The notes under the pieces: model-generated | Seen by the model: the letters and a program-made list of their open reading frames with translations, nothing else | Database searches by the model: none | What the model was told of the DNA's origin: nothing | Program-made: the position numbers and the translations under genes | Assembly (NCBI GenBank): GCA_965208325.1 | Contig: OZ242326.1 | Location: forward strand, 4,256,001 to 4,320,000 | DNA from: Candidatus Poribacteria bacterium | GTDB lineage: Bacteria; Poribacteria; WGA-4E; PCPOR2b | Direction of reading: 5' to 3' | Length of the DNA stretch: 64,000 nucleotides | Part shown: positions 59,393 through 64,000 of the stretch, piece by piece | Layout of the letters: each line of letters opens with the position of its first letter | Position numbering within the stretch: the first letter of the stretch is position 1

Positions 59393-60385
59393 ATGGCAAC
59401 AATTTACTACGATACGGATGCGAATTTTGATGTACTCAAAGAGAAGACGATTGCCATCATCGGCTATGGGGCTCAAGGTCGTGCACAAGCGTTGAACCTA
59501 AAAGACAGTGGTGCGAATGTCCGGGTGGGGTTGCGCCCAACCAGCCGGTCGTGCGAACAAGTGGAAGCGGATGGGCTGACTGTCAGCAGCGTTGAAGAAG
59601 CTGCTAGCGCAGGCGAAATTGTCCAGATTCTCATCCCGGATGAGCTGCACGCTACGGTGTATAAAACGGAAATCGAGCCGAACATGCAAGCCGGGAATAT
59701 GCTGATGGTTTCGCACGGCTTCAGCATCCACTTTGGACAGATTCTTCCCTTGGAAAATATTGACGTGACGATGATTGCGCCGAAAGCACCGGGCGATCTA
59801 GTAAGGGATGAATTTGTGGCGGGCGGCGGGACACCATGTCTAATCGCTATCCATCAAGATATCACCGGCCATGCGAGAGATGTTGCACTGGCCTATGCAA
59901 AAGGAATTGGCGGCACGCGGGCGGGTGTAATTGAAACCACTTTTCGTGAAGAAACAGAAACAGACTTATTCGGCGAGCAGGCGGTGCTTTGCGGCGGCAC
60001 ATCGGCACTCATCAAAGCCGCATTCGATACGCTGGTCGAAGCGGGGTATCAACCGGAAATGGCGTACTTTGAATGCCTGCACGAGTTGAAACTCATTGTT
60101 GACCTTATCTACACTGGCGGGCTAAATAAGATGCGCCGCGTTGTCAGCAATACAGCGGAGTTCGGCGACCTCACCCGCGGGCCTCGCGTTGTTGATGACA
60201 ACGTACGGGAACGTATGCGAGAGCTTCTCAAAGAGGTGCAGAGCGGGAAATTCGCGCGGGAGTGGGTGCTGGAAAACCAAGCCAATCAGCCCGTCCTGCA
60301 AGCCTTGCGCCGCAGTGAATCAGAGTTGCCAATTGAAAAGGTTGGAAAAGACCTGCGCAGTATGATGAGTTGGATTGAAGAGTAA
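59393..60385 (+). CDS. ilvC: ketol-acid reductoisomerase
   Basis: [25 protein letters not shown]. Confidence 0.97.
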   Translation: MATIYYDTDANFDVLKEKTIAIIGYGAQGRAQALNLKDSGANVRVGLRPTSRSCEQVEADGLTVSSVEEAASAGEIVQILIPDELHATVYKTEIEPNMQAGNMLMVSHGFSIHFGQILPLENIDVTMIAPKAPGDLVRDEFVAGGGTPCLIAIHQDITGHARDVALAYAKGIGGTRAGVIETTFREETETDLFGEQAVLCGGTSALIKAAFDTLVEAGYQPEMAYFECLHELKLIVDLIYTGGLNKMRRVVSNTAEFGDLTRGPRVVDDNVRERMRELLKEVQSGKFAREWVLENQANQPVLQALRRSESELPIEKVGKDLRSMMSWIEE

Positions 60386-60436
60386 AAACCCGTTGGGCAC
60401 GCAGCGAATTTCACCCTTTCGCTATATTAGCGCTAA

Positions 60437-60721
60437 CTAGGGCGTGTTGACATTTATGTAAAACGGCCTGTAATCGTAGGGGATCAACCGAGTGAATAGC
60501 GAGGGCGATAGTGTTTATCAGGTTACCTCGCCCATTGACCAACGCGGGCAGGGAACTTCCAACCATACAGATTGAGTCGATTTTGGTCAAACAACCTACA
60601 GCAGTCCAAAATCGTATCTGATTCTGACAAAAGGGTTGGGGAACCCAACCCCTACGAAGCGTCATGTGTATGTGCACCGTTCTTGATTGTCCAGTTGCGA
60701 TGAAATGTCAACAGAACCTAG
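60437..60721. mobile_element. MITE-like element with IS5-like ends and nested REP fragments
   Basis: CTAGGGCGTGTTGACATTT / AAATGTCAACAGAACCTAG (16/19 inverted match, CTAG at both ends); no transposase. Confidence 0.7.
60476..60512. repeat. dispersed repeat, copy 4 (short, inverted)
   Basis: Reverse complement actatcgccctcgctattcactcggttgatcccctac matches the 10656 copy. Confidence 0.7.
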
Positions 60722-60846
60722 TCTGATTAGCGGGTTTTTACTGGAGCGCAGGACCTCAACCAGCTCGAGCTAAACTGGTTTCCCCTTGCCGCATCCTGCG
60801 TTTCCAAAACACTTGTATCATTCACAGATTCATTGTATAATAAGCC

Positions 60847-61818
60847 GTGGCGCCAGCGATTTTGCAGGCGAATTTCATCGATGTATGCATCCTTAACCTA
60901 GACGTATGTCAGATTGGTCGAAAATGGTGTGGGGGAAATTTTATTCGAATCGAAAATGTGACGGATTTCAATCTGGCGCATACGCTTGAGTGTGGGCAGT
61001 CGTTCAGATGGAAGCGAGTTGACGATGGGTATTACGGCGTCGTTGATGGAAGACTACTCAACATTTTCCAAGACGGGGAAGCGCTGGTTGTAAAGAGTTC
61101 CGCCGAAGAAGACCACAATCAACTTGAAGTTTTTCTTAATCACTACCTCGACCTGAATCGAAATCTGCCGTTAGTTCTTGAGGCAGTGGACATTGATGCA
61201 ACGATTCATAGAGCGATTGAGACGTTTTGGGGGATGCGAATTCTGAACCAAGACGTATGGGAATGTATCGCCTCGTTCATCCTTTCCCAAAATAACAACG
61301 TGCCTAGAACCAAGGGATTAATTGAAACGATTTCCGCACGATTCGGGGAGAAACTTACATTTGCAAATAGGGTTGACTACACCTTCCCAACCCCGCTATC
61401 CCTCGCCCAAGCCGGGGTTGACGCCCTGTTTGATTGCCGTATGGGATACCGTGCGCCTTATCTCTGGGAGGCTGCATCAGTAATCGCAGCGGGAAAATGC
61501 GACCTTCAGGCGCTAAAGATTTTGCCATACGCTGAAGCGAAATTAGAATTGATGGGATTTCAAGGAATTGGCGAGAAGGTCGCCGATTGCGTGTGCGTGT
61601 TTTCGTTAGGGCATATAGAAGCAATCCCCATTGATGTGTGGATGAAACGCATCATAGAACACGTCTACTTGCGGCGCAGAGCCTCAATTCGGGAGATTCG
61701 CGAGTTCGCCCAAAACTATTTCGGTGAATTTCTCGGCTACGCACAGCAATACCTTTTTCACTACGGCCGCACGGTTGGATTTGAACAATCCTTAACTGCG
61801 AAACCGGGTGGTGGATGA
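60847..61818 (+). CDS. 8-oxoguanine DNA glycosylase, OGG1-like HhH-GPD (true start probably further downstream)
   Basis: TLECGQSFRW, SFILSQNNN, GYRA, GIGEKVADC, PIDVW, AQQYLF. Confidence 0.88.
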   Translation: MAPAILQANFIDVCILNLDVCQIGRKWCGGNFIRIENVTDFNLAHTLECGQSFRWKRVDDGYYGVVDGRLLNIFQDGEALVVKSSAEEDHNQLEVFLNHYLDLNRNLPLVLEAVDIDATIHRAIETFWGMRILNQDVWECIASFILSQNNNVPRTKGLIETISARFGEKLTFANRVDYTFPTPLSLAQAGVDALFDCRMGYRAPYLWEAASVIAAGKCDLQALKILPYAEAKLELMGFQGIGEKVADCVCVFSLGHIEAIPIDVWMKRIIEHVYLRRRASIREIREFAQNYFGEFLGYAQQYLFHYGRTVGFEQSLTAKPGGG

Positions 61819-62015
61819 TGCAATAACCGAAATCCTTTTAAGCTATTAAATCTGCGAGCGGCGTTACAAAACTTGCAGTGCGTTCAATCCAGAGTAAATT
61901 CCACCGCCTAATGCGCATTATTCGAAGGTCAGACCGTATCATAGGAATAGTTTTCGCCAGCTGCAATCCTTAACAACTTTTCAACAGAATTGAGATAAAT
62001 TAAGGAGAATCTTAC

Positions 62016-62930
62016 ATGCTCGAAGAATTACGCGAGACCGTACTCACAGATTTAGAACAGCGTGTTGCACGTGCAATTGAGCTGATTGAGCAATTGAGGC
62101 AGGATAAGCGGACACTAGAATCGCAGATTAGCGAACTCCACGAGCAAATTCAGGCAAAAGATGAATATATCGAATCGCTTGAAAAACGGAATGCCGAATT
62201 ACAATACGCTGAATCGGAGTTAGAAACGCTCAGAGCGAAACAAGAGCAAGATCGCGAAGAAATTGATATAGAAAAAGCTGAACTTCGCGATCGGCTCGAA
62301 GGGGTCATGAATCTACTCAACGGGACTGATGACAGCCCAGATTCATCCTTGGAACAGCCGGCCGATGTAGAAGATGAACCTGCAGCGGCGTCTGAATCAG
62401 CCGCAGGTGCGGAACTGACAAATAATGAAGTACCTGAATCGCCGCTAGATTACGACGCAGACCCGCCTGAAGAAGAAGAGGCGGCTGCTGAAGATGATGA
62501 ACCAATAACCGAATCGTCCGAATCAATTGACGATGAGGAGACATTTGAACCGACTGAATCTTCGCTAGATTCTGACACCGCCGCGGCGGAAGAAGTAGCG
62601 GTTAGTGCTGGCGATGACCAAGAAATAGCCGAATCGACAGAGATGACTGAATCGATCGCAGATGACGAAACAGACGAAATACCTGAATTGCCGCTAGAAT
62701 CTGACTCACCCGCGGCGGAAGCCATGGAGGCGGCTGCCGTCGCTGACGACCCAAAATCCGAGTCGTCTGATTTATCGTTCCCTGAGGACGAAACCACTGA
62801 ACCACCTGAATTGCCAAACGAGGAGTCAATCTCTACATCTGAATCAGCACCGGATTCTGACGCGCCCACCGAAGAAGAGGACGCGCAAACTGAGACAGAA
62901 CGTCATGTGATACATCCGCCATGGGAATGA
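62016..62930 (+). CDS. ZapB-like coiled-coil protein with a long acidic low-complexity tail
   Basis: LEQRVARAIELIEQLRQDK...LRDRLEGVMNLL, then about 200 aa rich in D/E/S/P/A. Confidence 0.65.
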   Translation: MLEELRETVLTDLEQRVARAIELIEQLRQDKRTLESQISELHEQIQAKDEYIESLEKRNAELQYAESELETLRAKQEQDREEIDIEKAELRDRLEGVMNLLNGTDDSPDSSLEQPADVEDEPAAASESAAGAELTNNEVPESPLDYDADPPEEEEAAAEDDEPITESSESIDDEETFEPTESSLDSDTAAAEEVAVSAGDDQEIAESTEMTESIADDETDEIPELPLESDSPAAEAMEAAAVADDPKSESSDLSFPEDETTEPPELPNEESISTSESAPDSDAPTEEEDAQTETERHVIHPPWE

Positions 62931-64000
62931 GTCCGCTTCGGATTTTGGTTCTATCCCATTCATATATCATGATGCCTTATCGCCGGAAATTCGCATTAAT
63001 TGGCGAAAAACCGGACGTTGAAATGCGCGTAGTCACGCCTAACCGATGGTATGAAAGTTTTCAAGAAATTGTCTTCCAACCCGATCCGACAACACGTTGC
63101 GGCGAATTTCCGCACCCGGTCCGGTTTTCAGGGTATAGCAGTCGTTTTTACTATCGCCGCGATTTAAAAAGACATTTCAAATCGTTTCAACCCCACATTA
63201 TTCACCTTGAAGAAGAAGCTTGGAGCCTGAACGCACTCCAAACCTTACATCTCAGACAGAAATTTTGCCCGCACAGCCGATTTATTTTTCGGACTTCATT
63301 AAGTATTCCGACCAAACAGCGGTTTGGATTCCTACCCATCTGGATTGAACGGCGCAGTTTTCGGGAGGCTGTTGCCGCATTGCCCTTAAGCCAAAATGCT
63401 GCACAAATCTTGAGGCAACGCGGTTATAGTGGAAAATTAACTCCGATTTCGAACGGTGTAGATCTTCGCCTATTTCGCAAATTGGAGATGAGTTATCTCC
63501 AAGCGCAACTCGGCCTAAAAAGTGGTTTCGTAATTGGCTACATTGGCCGTCTATTGTATATGAAGGGTCTTGATACGCTTCTTCAATCGGCGGCGGTTCT
63601 TGAAATGGATTACCAACTATTGATAGTCGGGCAAGGTGAGTACAAGCCGGAGTTAATCAAGTTAGCGGATTCGCTCGGCATAGCCAATCGCGTGGTTTGG
63701 ATAGATGGCGTGCCGCCTGAAAATGTCCCGGAATATATTAACTGTATGGATACACTTGTTTTACCTTCACGTACGACGCCGGGCTGGGTTGAGTTTTTCG
63801 GACGGGTGCTCATTGAGGGGATGGCGTGTGAAGTTCCGGTGATTGGGTCCGATTCCGGCGAAATCCCCAACGTCATCGGTGACGCCGGTCTGGTGTTCCA
63901 AGAGGAAGATGCACGGGCATTGGCGAATCAAATCACAGTCATAGCGTCGGACGAGTCGATTCGTGCACAATGCGTCCAGCGCGGTTTAGAACGTGTTAAG
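62927..64000 (+). CDS. glycosyltransferase family 4 (partial, runs off the window)
   Basis: Not in the ORF track. ATG overlaps the upstream stop (ATGA); MSPLRILVLSHSY...NGVD...IGRL...KG...EFFGRVLIEGMACEVPVIGSDSG. Confidence 0.9.
   Translation, partial: MSPLRILVLSHSYIMMPYRRKFALIGEKPDVEMRVVTPNRWYESFQEIVFQPDPTTRCGEFPHPVRFSGYSSRFYYRRDLKRHFKSFQPHIIHLEEEAWSLNALQTLHLRQKFCPHSRFIFRTSLSIPTKQRFGFLPIWIERRSFREAVAALPLSQNAAQILRQRGYSGKLTPISNGVDLRLFRKLEMSYLQAQLGLKSGFVIGYIGRLLYMKGLDTLLQSAAVLEMDYQLLIVGQGEYKPELIKLADSLGIANRVVWIDGVPPENVPEYINCMDTLVLPSRTTPGWVEFFGRVLIEGMACEVPVIGSDSGEIPNVIGDAGLVFQEEDARALANQITVIASDESIRAQCVQRGLERVK

Noticed and set aside
62450..62869. Ser-rich antisense ORF, and the many other short antisense ORFs in the track
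   Set aside because: Shadow frames of well-supported genes on the opposite strand.
63149..63158. TACTATCGCC match to the end of the dispersed repeat
   Set aside because: It lies inside the GT4 reading frame and the similarity does not extend; chance match.

Overview
Bacterial core-genome window of moderate GC. Gene content and repeat style suggest a Candidatus Poribacteria-like or other marine/sponge-associated lineage; this is an impression only. From left to right it contains: a DUF2089/SHOCT-like small-gene cluster; ureE-ureF-ureG with no urease structural genes; a VOC-family protein; a 13-copy tandem array of a GTAG-type REP hairpin; a catalytic-domain-only MetE; TPR/beta-propeller, GH127-like and VWA proteins; tilS-hpt; a TsdA/SoxA-like diheme cytochrome c; a minus-strand block of gltB (no gltD), a very divergent citrate synthase homolog, icd and mdh; a three-gene locus (beta/gamma-crystallin fusion, flotillin with 23 hendecad repeats, Cys-rich protein split by an inserted beta-sandwich domain); an 11-subunit complex I operon (nuoABCDHIJKLMN, no nuoEFG, NuoI with an inserted small domain); tRNA-Gln and tRNA-Glu; RecQ, J-domain/TPR, ELM1, STAS, RqcH, DUF815, argF and sodA genes; a Val-specifier T-box upstream of ilvBNC; an OGG1-type glycosylase; a ZapB-like protein with an acidic tail; and a partial GT4. 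Intergenic DNA carries a dispersed ~100-bp repeat (4 copies) and two MITE-like shells with nested repeats. There is no CRISPR array, rRNA or autonomous transposase. All family assignments come from reading motifs by eye; no searches were run.
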